Assembly (NCBI RefSeq): GCF_001194135.2
Contig: NC_068997.1
Coordinates: 33,768,575 to 33,809,298, forward strand
DNA length: 40,724 nt
Direction: 5' to 3'
Source of the DNA: Octopus bimaculoides
Lineage: Eukaryota
Shown: in pieces, positions 1 to 11,229 of the stretch
How positions within the stretch are numbered: the stretch's first letter is position 1
How the letters are laid out: every line of letters starts with the position of its first letter
The notes under the pieces: generated by a model
Database searches by the model: none
Told to the model about the DNA's origin: nothing
The model's input: the letters and a program-made list of their open reading frames with translations, nothing else
Position numbers and translations under genes: made by a program

Positions 1-5
1 ATATA

Positions 6-319
6 TAGGGTGCGTACGATATTTGAGGAGAAATTAACGTTTATAAAAAAAAACAGACATAATAACAGATAACTTTATCAAAAAATGCTATGAGGATAAA
101 AATAAACTTTCTTTTCTATAATGTTATTCAATAAAGCCACCTTCAGCTTCAACAACTGCTATATGAGATGTAAATCATCTACATGCTTGAATCAAGTGGT
201 CCTGGTTCATTTTGAACATTACTCTGACTATGGAAGCTTTCAAAGGATCTTTGGTGTTATTGGTGTGTTCATTGTGGAAAGAAGCAAGGAGGCATCACAT
301 GTCCTTCATTGCTGACAAA
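6..319 (-). mobile_element. Internally deleted 3' remnant of a maT-like (DD37D) Tc1/mariner transposon
   Basis: The minus strand contains gtcagcaatgaaggacatgtgatgcctcctt, which matches 3055-3085, then jumps to a C-terminus NEHTNNTKDPLKASIVRVMFKMNQDHLIQACR*FTSHIAVVEAEGGFIE*. The terminus TA|tagggtgcgtacgatatttgagga resembles the end at 2362. Confidence 0.7.
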
Positions 320-944
320 TTGACCTTCCCTCATCATATAAGACTTCAGTATTCCGTAAAGTTTCATTCGGTAGTTAATATTACTTCAGGTAATGATGAT
401 TTTGGGAAAAGGGCACTTTTTAACGAGTTGCAAGAAAACGAACAATTTATGAACTGAAGACGTTAAGCACAATCTGCAATATTTGTGGTTGTATATATCT
501 TTCTATTGTTGGCTCAGTAGTCACTAACGAAGTCATCAGGACAAACAAAAAGTTGACTATTGTATATTAATGGTAAAAGATTGCGTAAAGTAGAGTGCAT
601 TTAGGAAATCTATTTGCAAATCTATTAGTGTCTTTAAGCGACATAGTGCTTTACATCGGAATATACTTCTGCAAACTGATGTGCTCAAAGTATAGTGTGC
701 TAAAATACTGTCGAGCTTAAGAACCTTTGCATAATGTTGAATGTAAGACTCTTTTAGTAGTCAGTCTTTGTCTTCCTCGAACACAAGGGGGCAGCCCTAA
801 TTTGTTTTGCAAGATTCTTGAAGTGAAATCGTGTGTTGAAACTGATGACGTTGAATTTTAGGAGGGTCATTTTGCCAAATTTCATTTCTATTCCACGTCT
901 TTCTATTATTATTTGTCAATCAGTTAACCAACGTTTAATCTCTC

Positions 945-1110
945 AATGAATGAATGAATGAATGAATCAAGCAAGCAAGCAATAAATAAATCAATCAATG
1001 AACTAATCAACCAATCAATCAACCAACTAACCAATCAATCAATCGTTCGATCACTCACTCACTCACACATTCACTTACTCACTCACTCACTCACTCAATC
1101 AATCAATTGA
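945..1110. repeat. Compound tetranucleotide microsatellite (TGAA/CAAG/CAAT/TCAC)
   Basis: Direct reading of the sequence. Confidence 0.9.
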
Positions 1111-1941
1111 TTTGTCCAAGTCCTTTAGTCGCCATTCGCAGGTTCATTAAATGTAGGAAATATTTAGAAGAGAATTCAATGTGTTATCATGTATAGGAGA
1201 TACGTACTCGAGATAAACCTCATAGTAACTTCACGTTATGTTACACAAGAGTCTGAAAAGTGTATCATGGAGTGCATCCAGAATATAGCTACCTTCATCC
1301 ATTAAAGTATCAATGTAACAACAGACTACCTGTACAAAGACCCAAATAAGAGTTTCTCCTTCCTTGGTACTGAACTCTGATATGAGAAAAACAGACAACA
1401 AAATACAGTTCCTCCAAGAATATTATCTGAAACCCATGATCACCAGATACTTAAGAACTCCACGATGCCTGAAAACATTAAAAGAAATATACTAAATATA
1501 CTAATAGACTTAGAGTAATGAATAACATATGTCCCTCGTATCAGGCCTGTGAAATAAAGAAGCATATACACAACTTTATCCACTCTATGAAACCTGATGT
1601 ACGGAGAGGGTGTGTGTCGAAGCAAAGATTACATAAATATAAGAAACAATACAAGCGGAACTTGTTCAAGGTATCGTAAAAAATCCTGAAATAGCCTAGA
1701 AAGAATTATGCACTTGTACGAGGATAGAGATAGAAAACAACAACAAAAACAACATCGGTAGTTTTCCCAGTATGTTAATGATAAACATGACATACTGAAA
1801 TAAAAATCATATCGACACACCCAAAGTTACGACAGCTATAAAGATCATACATATAACTGGAAAACGACAAGAAAATACGTGAGAAATAACGATACCAAAC
1901 ACCACTGCAACCAACAACCAACCTCCGAGTCCCCCCCCCCC

Positions 1942-2356
1942 NNNNNNNNNNNNNNNNNNNNNNNNNNNNNNNNNNNNNNNNNNNNNNNNNNNNNNNNNNN
2001 NNNNNNNNNNNNNNNNNNNNNNNNNNNNNNNNNNNNNNNNNNNNNNNNNNNNNNNNNNNNNNNNNNNNNNNNNNNNNNNNNNNNNNNNNNNNNNNNNNNN
2101 NNNNNNNNNNNNNNNNNNNNNNNNNNNNNNNNNNNNNNNNNNNNNNNNNNNNNNNNNNNNNNNNNNNNNNNNNNNNNNNNNNNNNNNNNNNNNNNNNNNN
2201 NNNNNNNNNNNNNNNNNNNNNNNNNNNNNNNNNNNNNNNNNNNNNNNNNNNNNNNNNNNNNNNNNNNNNNNNNNNNNNNNNNNNNNNNNNNNNNNNNNNN
2301 NNNNNNNNNNNNNNNNNNNNNNNNNNNNNNNNNNNNNNNNNNNNNNNNNNNNNNNN
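1942..2356. other. Assembly gap (other gaps: 3343-3891, 21815-22672, 28893-29310, 36352-36998, 38528-38537)
   Basis: Runs of N, mostly flanked by simple repeats. Confidence 1.
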
Positions 2357-2361
2357 ATATA

Positions 2362-3342
2362 CAGGGTATATAAGGTATTTAAGGACATACCTATTTTGAG
2401 ACATTGCTGCAGTTTTTGCTAACTCTGCATAATCTTTGATTCAGAAAATAATAATGGCAGACCTTCAGCTTACTCAAGAAATGAAGAGGCATGTTGTTAT
2501 TGTGGTTATAAAGGCTGAGCATAGCGATTTAGAAATGTCTCGATTTTTAAAAGTTGCCAGATCGTTCGTCTACAAAGTTTGTAAGGAGCTAGAGACTAAA
2601 GATGGAAACTTATCACCAGTATCAAAGCATAAAAAGCATTCTAAACGCTCTGAAATCACCAGAACACCTGAATTTATCCAGCAAGTTTAACAGAATATTG
2701 ATTACAATCCCAGAAATCCATGAGGCCAATTGCTAAAAGTATCCATGTGTCAGAAGGAAGGAACAGTCAGAAATGTTCTCCACGAAGACATCAGATACAA
2801 GTCTCATATGATGAGGAAAGGTTAATTTGTCAGAAAAAGCAAAAGTAAATCACTACATCAGATCTAAAAGGCTCTTGAACAAACTGAAAAATGCAGCAGC
2901 AAAAGATTTGATTTGGTTTTTCTCAAACGAGAATAACTTCTACCAAGATCAAAAAGTTAACAGAAGAAATGACTGATGGTTATGTGCAGACTCTTCTGAA
3001 GTTCCAAATGTTATGCATACAAAATTTCCTGCAACTGTCACGGTTTTAGGGGTTGTCAGCAATGAAGGACATGTGATGCCTCCTTACTTCCTTCCACAAG
3101 GACTTAGAGTTAACTCTGCCGCCTACATTGAGGTCCTGGAAATAATTGTTAAGCCCTGGATAGACAGTGTATGCAATGGAAGGCCATATGCGTTTTAGTA
3201 AGACTCTGCACTATCACACATGGCTCTAGTAACACAGGAATGGACGGCTGAAAATTTTCATGATCACACAACCCCTAACATTTGGCCTCCTAATTCCCCC
3301 AATTTCAAAACATTGGACTATTACATGTGGAGTGTTGTTGAG
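2362..3342 (+). mobile_element. maT-like DD37D Tc1/mariner transposon, degenerate; 3' end lost in a gap
   Basis: TA|cagggt terminus. Broken transposase MADLQLTQEMKRH...FFSNENNF...MHTKFPATVTVLGVVSNEGHVMPP...*DSALSH...WPPNSPNFKTLDYYMWSVVE. I count 37 residues between the second and third catalytic D positions. Stops and frameshifts are present. Confidence 0.85.
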
Positions 3343-3891
3343 NNNNNNNNNNNNNNNNNNNNNNNNNNNNNNNNNNNNNNNNNNNNNNNNNNNNNNNNNN
3401 NNNNNNNNNNNNNNNNNNNNNNNNNNNNNNNNNNNNNNNNNNNNNNNNNNNNNNNNNNNNNNNNNNNNNNNNNNNNNNNNNNNNNNNNNNNNNNNNNNNN
3501 NNNNNNNNNNNNNNNNNNNNNNNNNNNNNNNNNNNNNNNNNNNNNNNNNNNNNNNNNNNNNNNNNNNNNNNNNNNNNNNNNNNNNNNNNNNNNNNNNNNN
3601 NNNNNNNNNNNNNNNNNNNNNNNNNNNNNNNNNNNNNNNNNNNNNNNNNNNNNNNNNNNNNNNNNNNNNNNNNNNNNNNNNNNNNNNNNNNNNNNNNNNN
3701 NNNNNNNNNNNNNNNNNNNNNNNNNNNNNNNNNNNNNNNNNNNNNNNNNNNNNNNNNNNNNNNNNNNNNNNNNNNNNNNNNNNNNNNNNNNNNNNNNNNN
3801 NNNNNNNNNNNNNNNNNNNNNNNNNNNNNNNNNNNNNNNNNNNNNNNNNNNNNNNNNNNNNNNNNNNNNNNNNNNNNNNNNNNNNNNNNNN

Positions 3892-3930
<39 letters not shown>

Positions 3931-4187
3931 TAAAAATACTCAAAGAGCAAAGCAATCGTTCTAACAAAACTTGATTTGTTTTCTTCCTTACAACATTTGT
4001 CAGAGATTTAATTGATTTTGAACAAGTTCAGGGTATGTATCCGATATTGTAGGCTTTGAATAAGGAGAAAACGTTAGTCGTAGCCGATGCTTAATACTTG
4101 GTCGGATACGTAAAATGTGTCTTGGCGAGTGGCAACTAGAATGGTTGTCTGAGCGATTTACGAAAAAGAATAGACAGTCTGTTGCAA

Positions 4188-6005
4188 CTGTTGTGTCTGG
4201 GGAGAGTCATTCTCTTTTAATACCTTATAATTTAACAAACTCACCGGTAAAATGTCTACTCATTTACTTATTTATTTCTCCAACATTTTCGTTGCGTCTC
4301 GCAACCTTTTCAATAGTCGTTGACTCTGTCCGTTATTCAAGCTGCGTTCTTTTTTGTTTGTTTGTGTGCATGTGTGTGGGTCAGTGTGTGTACGCATACA
4401 CAAGTATGTATGTATGTATGTATGTATGTATGTATGTATGTATGTATGCATGCATGCATGTATGTATGCATGTAAGTGTGTGTATGCATGTATGTATGTG
4501 TGCGCGTATGTATATATGTATGTGTGTGTAACTCTGTCTCCATGTGTGTGTGTGTGTGTGGGTTTTTGTGACTATGTACTGTGTCTGTATGTATGGATGT
4601 GTATCTCCATATGTGTGAACGTGTCTCCATATGTGTCCTTGTGTGAAGTGAAGTGTGTGCGTGTATATGGTCATGTGTTTCAGTCTCCACTTGTGCATGT
4701 GTGTGTATGTGTGCTTGTCTGTTCATATAACCTGCGTACCTATCCGTCTGTATGTCTATCTGTTTACTTTCATACACATTTGCCTACATACATGTGCATA
4801 TACATATATACATATACACACACATACATCCATCTACATAACAAATGGATAAAATGCAGATGTCATGTTGACCCAGGTTGCCTCCATGTTGGTTCTTTGC
4901 ATGCTGGTATGGAGGACTGTTTTTTGTCGTCATATTGTCTCAAATATTCATTTAGTCTTTCCGTAATGCGCCTAGATGTCTCCTCTATGTATGTCATGTT
5001 CATGTCTTTACTAGCAACTTCTATGCATCTTATGCTGTAGACTGCATTACTAGTTCTACAGTTAATGCCAGGGCTAATCCTACATACCATGCAGTTATCA
5101 TTGACATCCGCATTTTATCCAAGGACCTAAAGGACCCAACACTCAGACAAATACAGGAGTACGTCCTCATAAATTAAAAATCCCCAGTACTAAATAAAAA
5201 TGTAGTAGATAACCACACCCCATACCCATAGTTTGTATTTATATACAGGTAGAATAGTTACTGGGCTGTTATGTACATAGATGTATGTGTATGTGTGTAT
5301 ATGTATATATGTATATGCACATGTATGTAGGCATATGGATATGTAAGTAAACAGATAGACATACAGACGGATAGGTACGTAGGTTATATGAACAGACAAG
5401 CACACATACAGACACATACACAAATGAAGACTGAAACACATAACCATATACACATACACTTCACTTCACACAAGGACACATATGGAGACACACGTCCACA
5501 CATATGGAGATACACAACCATACATACAGACAGAGTACATAGTCACAACTCCCCCCACACACATAAACACACACTCAAACATGCACACACAAGGAGACAA
5601 AGGTACACACACGCACATGCAAATACACACACACATAAAAACACACAAACATGAACACACAAACACTAGAATATGCAGAATACATACATACAAACGTACA
5701 CACATACTTATATACATACGCACACACACATACATACATGCATACACACACTCACATGCATACATACATGCATACATACATACATACATACATACATACA
5801 TACATGTGTATGCGCACACACACCGATCCACACTCATGCGCACAAACAAAAAGAACGCAGCTTGAATAGTCAACAGCTAATGAAAAAGTTGCGAGACGCA
5901 ACGAAAATGTTAGAGAAATAAATAAATAAATGAGTGGAAATTTTATCGGTGAGTGTGTTAAATTATAAGGCACTAAAAGAGAATGATTTTCCCCAGACAC
6001 AACAG
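4188..6005. repeat. Long inverted repeat: arms 4188-4843 and 5267-6005, 423-bp spacer
   Basis: The non-microsatellite parts of the arms are reverse complements, e.g. ctgttgtgtctggggagagtcattctctttt vs aaaagagaatgattttccccagacacaacag, and caagctgcgttctttt vs aaaagaacgcagcttg. Identity is roughly 85-90% by eye. Confidence 0.9.
4845..5215. mobile_element. Penelope-like GIY-YIG endonuclease fragment split across both strands
   Basis: Minus 5090-4845 reads NCRTSNAVYSIRC...TYIEETSRRITERLNEY (cf. C.S.NVVY.I.C...YIGET.R.L..R..EH). Plus 5101-5215 reads DIRILSKDLKDPTLRQIQEYVLIN*KSPVLNKN, a PLE endonuclease C-terminus-like sequence. Confidence 0.65.
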
Positions 6006-6087
6006 AATATGCTTCAACACACGAACTCACATAAAGAATCTAGCAAACCAAATCCCCAAACAATATATATATATATACTCATATACA

Positions 6088-6296
6088 TTCTTTTATTCTT
6101 TTATTCTTTTATTCTTTTACTTGTTTCAGTCATTTGACTGCGGCTATGCTAGAGCACCGCCTTTAGTCGTGCAAATCGACCCCCAAGACTTATTCTTTAT
6201 AAGTCTAGTACTTATTCTATCGGTCTCTTTGCTGAACCGCTAAGTTACGGTGACGTAAACACACCAACATCGGTTGTCAAGCGATGTTGGAGGGGA

Positions 6297-6388
<92 letters not shown>

Positions 6389-6545
6389 ACGGGCTTCTTT
6401 CAGTTTCTGTATACCAAATCCACTCACAAGGCTTTGGTCGGCTTGAGGCTATAGCGGAAGACACTTGCCCAAGGTGCCACGCAGTGGGACTGAACCCAGA
6501 GCTATGTAGTTGGTAAGCAGGCTACTTACCACACAGCCACTCCTG
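6088..6545 (-). mobile_element. Full-length tRNA-derived SINE (family A) with internal (CA)n
   Basis: tRNA-like head (ggagtggctgtgtggtaagtag...gggttcagtcccactgcgtggcaccttgggcaag), central microsatellite, and a 3' tail of (gaataaaa)n. Homologous copies lie at 10701, 12125 and 12585/14081. Assignment to a named octopus SINE family was not verified. Confidence 0.85.
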
Positions 6546-6552
6546 TATATAT

Positions 6553-7080
6553 AGGGTGCAGAAATCATTATAATGGCCAAACAGGAATGTCACTCCAACG
6601 AAGAACAACTCTTCACAATGAAAAAATCTGCTACCCACAATATAGACAGATACAGGTCAGTGAGCACATAGAAAGATATGCTAGGAACCTTAAACCGAAC
6701 TTCCTAATTTTCCCCTTTTATCAATGTTCACAGAACGCCTCAGTACAGCAAAGATTAAATAAAGAGGCAACTTTCATTAATAAATATCATCTACAACTTA
6801 ATAAACACAACTTAATACACACACTTAATACACACAACTTAATACAGGACACTACTAACCTTACCAATAATCCCATTAATCTCCATACATCCCATACACC
6901 ATTCATATTCCAGTATTTATATCTACCTTAATTGCATCACTTCCAAAACTGCTTACCTTCCTTGCATGTAATCTTTTCACTCAGGTACTATTAGACCCAA
7001 CACCGTTTGGAAATATGTGTTCATTCAAAGTCAGTGATTAACTCTGACGATACCGATATGACTTTGAATCTCTATAATGT
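6553..7080 (+). mobile_element. Penelope-like element 3' fragment (GIY-YIG C-terminal half)
   Basis: GCRNHYNGQTGMSLQRRTTLH...IQVSEHIERY...FLIFPFYQC...RLNKEATFINKYHLQLN resembles the YIG-Q-T...R...H and E...I....P.LN segments of PLE endonucleases. Confidence 0.6.
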
Positions 7081-7237
7081 TTCATAATAATTATTTTTAC
7101 ACTTCATAATTTCACCTCAAAACATCTAATTGTATGAATATATCTTTGCTTTCCTTAAAAAAGCCTTTATTTTTTATTTATAATATGCATTTTTTGTTTT
7201 CTTTTTTACTCTTCCCCTACACACACACACACACATA

Positions 7238-7430
7238 CAAGAGTTACGGAATGGAGTAGATAAGATTCAGGCTATATATGTTTCATAGCGAGCGGAACAG
7301 GCCAAGGCTATCTTGGCCTGAAGAGTAGTCTGCGATATACACCTCGCTTGGACATTTACCACTTCCGAGGTTCCGCTCGCTATGAAACATATGTAGCCCG
7401 GATCTTATTTAGTCCATTCCATAATTCTTG
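7238..7430. mobile_element. 193-bp MITE with 61-bp terminal inverted repeats and TA flanks
   Basis: 7238-7298 vs the reverse complement of 7370-7430 shows 7 mismatches in 61 bp. TA at 7236-7237 and 7431-7432. Internal hairpin aggccaag-gctat-cttggcct. Confidence 0.75.
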
Positions 7431-7636
7431 TATTCTTATTCGCACACCAGGCAACCCTGGTCGCCTATAGTGAAATATAAAAAGAACTTTTTTCACTTTA
7501 TCGTACTTAGATACGAAAAATCCATCCACAACCCTCCGTCTCAATAAACCAATATTGTTCCTGAAAATTGTTTTTATATTTACTACGGATTGCTTGAAGT
7601 TAACTTTCTTCCTACACCTCGATCCCTGAATCTTAC

Positions 7637-7672
<36 letters not shown>

Positions 7673-7723
7673 GAATCGTTGGCGATTTTTTTCCTCCGTC
7701 TCCCTTTCTATTGGACTTTCCTC

Positions 7724-7761
7724 TGTTTCTGAAGAAGAGCGTTGCTCGAAACATTAAATCA
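7724..7761 (+). ncRNA. Degenerate minimal hammerhead-ribozyme motif, probably from a Penelope pseudo-LTR
   Basis: tgttt-CTGAAGA-a-GAGC-gtt-GCTC-GAAAC-att-aaatca: CUGANGA box, 4-bp stem II and GAAA box. The stem III/cleavage triplet is non-canonical. Confidence 0.5.
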
Positions 7762-8139
7762 TCTTTCTTTTCATCCCGGAGCGTCTGCTAATACTTTACA
7801 TGTACCATGTCCTCGCGTTTCTGTTTTTTCTTGTGTTTGTTCTTCCTCTTTTTTTATATTTACTGTGTGTGTGTGTATGTGTGTATGTGTGTGTGTGTTT
7901 GTGTGTGATGTACGAGTGTCTGTGCAGACAGATTTATAAATCTGACCACGTGGAAAAATTAGGAAAATATCTTTCGCTCATAAATAAGGAAAAATTGTAG
8001 AGGAATTTCGATTTTAGTGAATAGTAGATCAACTTTTAAGCAAATGCTTAGAATAAATAAAAAAAACATGTAAAGTTAATAAATATTGAGCCATTAAACC
8101 AGGAAAAATTCTTTAGGCTTTTAACCTGGTGATTAATTA

Positions 8140-9366
8140 TTAGGTTGTTTCACATGAAATGTCGCATTGTTAATTACTTGTTACTTCAGTCATTTAATAA
8201 CTCAAGTATGTATACCTTGCATTTAATCTTGATTCTTTTTCTTTCTCAAAAATATTGGTATACAAAATTCGTACCCACAGACCTTATGAAAATGATAACA
8301 ACCAAGCTATGTTGGGAGATTTTCTCGTATGAGTTCAAACTGGGTCACTCTGCCGCAGAAGCTCTACGGAATATCAAACAGCCTTTGGTAATGGTTTTGT
8401 TAACATCAGAAATGTTCAGAGATGGTGCCAAAGTTCTCGTTCAGGAGATGATAGCCTTGGAAATAAACCAAGGAGTAGGCCAAAATCAGTTATTCGGCAT
8501 GATGGATTAAATGCTTTGCTTGAACAAAATCCGAGAACAAAGGTTCGAAAACTTTCATCAGAACTCCAAACACCTCGCACAACTGTTTTTGGACACCTGT
8601 AAAAAATTGGAAAAGTCTAGAAAACAGATAGGTTTGTTCCATATCAACTGAACAAGATTTAAAAAATAACAGAAGCCTCGAAGTGTGCTCCTTATTGCTT
8701 TCTCGACTGGAAAAAGACCATTTTTGCATCAAATCTTTACTTGTGAGAAAGGAATACTCTCAGGAGTACAGGACAGTGATTACATGCAGGAGAGTCATCT
8801 AAACACTACCCAAACCCACCATTGCACCCTAAAAGATTAGTGGCCACTGTGGTGGTCTGTGAAGGGAGTTATTCATTATTCATTTTTGCAACAAGGAACA
8901 TCGGTAACAGCAATATCGTATTGCTTGGAAATTGATTGTATTCATGGGAATTTGAAAAAGAAGCAACCCAGGCTAGTGAATAGAGATGGTTCAATTTTGC
9001 TCCACGACAATGCACGACCTCACACTCCTCAGGCTTCGATCCAAAAGTTGCAATGCCTGAATTATGAGATTTTGAAACATCCTCTCTATTCCTCTGATAT
9101 CTCTCCTACTGATCATCACTTATTTAAGCATTTTGAGCTTTTCATAAGCAATAAAACATTCTTAAATAGAAAAGAGGAAATTGAAGCATTCAGACAGTTT
9201 ATGATGAATTTTTTTTTAAAGATGGAATATATGACATAGAGAAACATTGGGTAAACGTCATAAATGGACATGGATGATACTTTGATTAAATAAATCAGTT
9301 CTCTAACACTTCTGAAACATTTTATTGTTACCTTTCAAATATGACATTTCATGTGAAACAACCTAA
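8140..9366 (+). mobile_element. Full-length degenerate mariner (DD34D; cecropia/Hsmar1-like)
   Basis: Perfect 24-bp TIRs ttaggttgtttcacatgaaatgtc with TA on both sides, 1227 bp in total. Transposase pieces YEFKLGHSAAEA and LLHDNARPH...HPLYSSDISPTD have 34 residues between the Ds. Several stops and frameshifts. Confidence 0.92.
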
Positions 9367-10700
9367 TACTAAACAATTAACTCAGGGATAAAGTTCTTTA
9401 AGAAGTTGATACTTCAAAACGTAAATTTTTGCGATATAACGATGGCCAGTGACACATTTTACTAAACAAGGAAAACAAATCAATTCAAATGTTTTAAGCT
9501 CACGCAAACAGAACTAACAATTCTCGCGCCAGCGTTGCTAGATATAGGAGAAAATGAGTAACCTCGCAGAGAAATTAATTTATGCAGCCAAGATAAGTAA
9601 CCACAAACCCCCTCCTTGCCTAAGGTTTTTATCCAAGAACAAGCAAAGAGGACTCTCACACATCTCCACAGCTTAAAAAACACAGCTTCTTTTCTCATGC
9701 TCTTAAAGCAACAACTGGAGATACGTCTAGCCAATGTGTGGAACTGTTTGTCTGGTTTTCAAAAGTGAAGATGGAATTTGAAGGAAAGCCGAACTGTTAT
9801 GTCATACATCAATTAAATAGTTTGTGCTACAATACATAAGATGATACACTAGGTGATTCACAGTTTGGGACACTGGGGATAGTGTCTGATTTCTGGCACG
9901 TCGTCACCTTTATTACTCTCTCTGCAGCCGAGTGGTAAGTGACAAAGTGACTGGAAACCACTGAAGTTACGAGGGGTCTGTAAGGACATCCATGTTGTAA
10001 TGACTCCTGATGACCATACAGATATTCCGTAGCTATTTCAATTGTGGGTAGGAAAAGAAGAGCAATGGAGCTAGTGATACAGGACAGAACGCATGACTAC
10101 AGTAAGTGACATCAAAGGTCTTTCTACGCGGAAACGCTGGAAGAACAGAAAAAGACCCGAACAGCAGATACAGGATCATCATTAGGTCATAGAAATTGAG
10201 ATTGTGAAATTGTATGGTACATTGCCAATGAACTGAAAAGAGTTATACAAAGAGAAAAAGACCTCCCTAAAAAAGAAAAAAAAATACCTAAGAGAAGGGG
10301 TCCAATTCTCCTTGAAAACATGAAGTTCTGAAAAGCGAACGACGAACTAATGGATTAAAAAAATTACATGCAAATAAATCTAGGAAAATGGTCTTCATTT
10401 ATGTGGAACAAGCGATAGACTTCTAATACATTAACTGCTAAACATTGACTGTGTATAAAGTTATGTCAGGTACCAGCAGAAAGCGGGTCATTTCTTGCAC
10501 TCTCTAGTACTTGACTTGTGCCCCAGAACCTTGGGAACATAAAAGAAACTGCGTACGTGAGGGACGTGTACATGGAAGCAGAAGTAACTTGGGATACTCT
10601 GATCAAACCCAAGTGGTGGCTTCTCACCAGTGTTTGAGTGGCTTTGCCTTATCTGATTTCAAGTATATTCTTTTATTCATATTTATAAATATATATAGAC

Positions 10701-10859
10701 ACAGGCGTGACTGTGTAGTAAGAAGCTTGCTTCTCAACTACATGTTTCTCAGTTCAGTTCCAATGAGTGGCATCATGGGCAAGAGTGTTCCAGTATAGCC
10801 TCGGGCCGACCAAAGTCTTGTGAGTGGATTTGGTAGACGGAAGCTGGAAAAAGACCGTC

Positions 10860-10898
<39 letters not shown>

Positions 10899-11175
10899 CA
10901 CACACACATACTATGGGTTTTTTTCAGTTTCCGTCTACCATATCCACTCACAAGACTTTGTGTGTGTTTGTTTCTGTCTGTGTTTGTCTCCCCATCACCG
11001 CTTGACAACCGGTGCTGGTGTGCTTATATTCCTGTAACCTAGCGGTTCGGCAAAACAGATGGATAAAATAAGTATCAGGCTTCAAAAAATAAGTCGTGGG
11101 GTCGATTGTTCGATTAAAAAAGGTGGTGCTCCAGCATGACTGCAGTCACATGACTAAAACAATTAAAAGAAAAAA
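10701..11175 (+). mobile_element. SINE family A copy with an internal fold-back duplication
   Basis: Homologous to 6088-6545 in the opposite orientation. 10915-10960 is an inverted copy of 10811-10856. Confidence 0.85.
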
Positions 11176-11229
11176 TATTTATTTCGTGTCATTCATCGGT
11201 GTGTGTATTAGCAATTTTTAATACCTCAA

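Noticed and set aside
1775-3967. Long ORFs containing X runs (also at 21741-23307, 28802-29527, 36013-37090)
   Set aside because: They are open only because N gaps contain no stops. Only the CR1 part after 22673 and the maT part before 3342 are real coding remnants.
4115-6030. His/Thr- and Cys/Val/Met-rich ORFs
   Set aside because: Translations of CA/TG/TA-based microsatellites within the inverted repeat.
7023-7069. 11-bp stem around CTGACGA as a hammerhead
   Set aside because: There is no GAAA box, and the stem encloses the core instead of forming stem II.
9400-10680. Complex non-microsatellite sequence that might be coding
   Set aside because: No sustained ORF or recognisable motif. It is probably an ancient repeat, but I cannot support a call.
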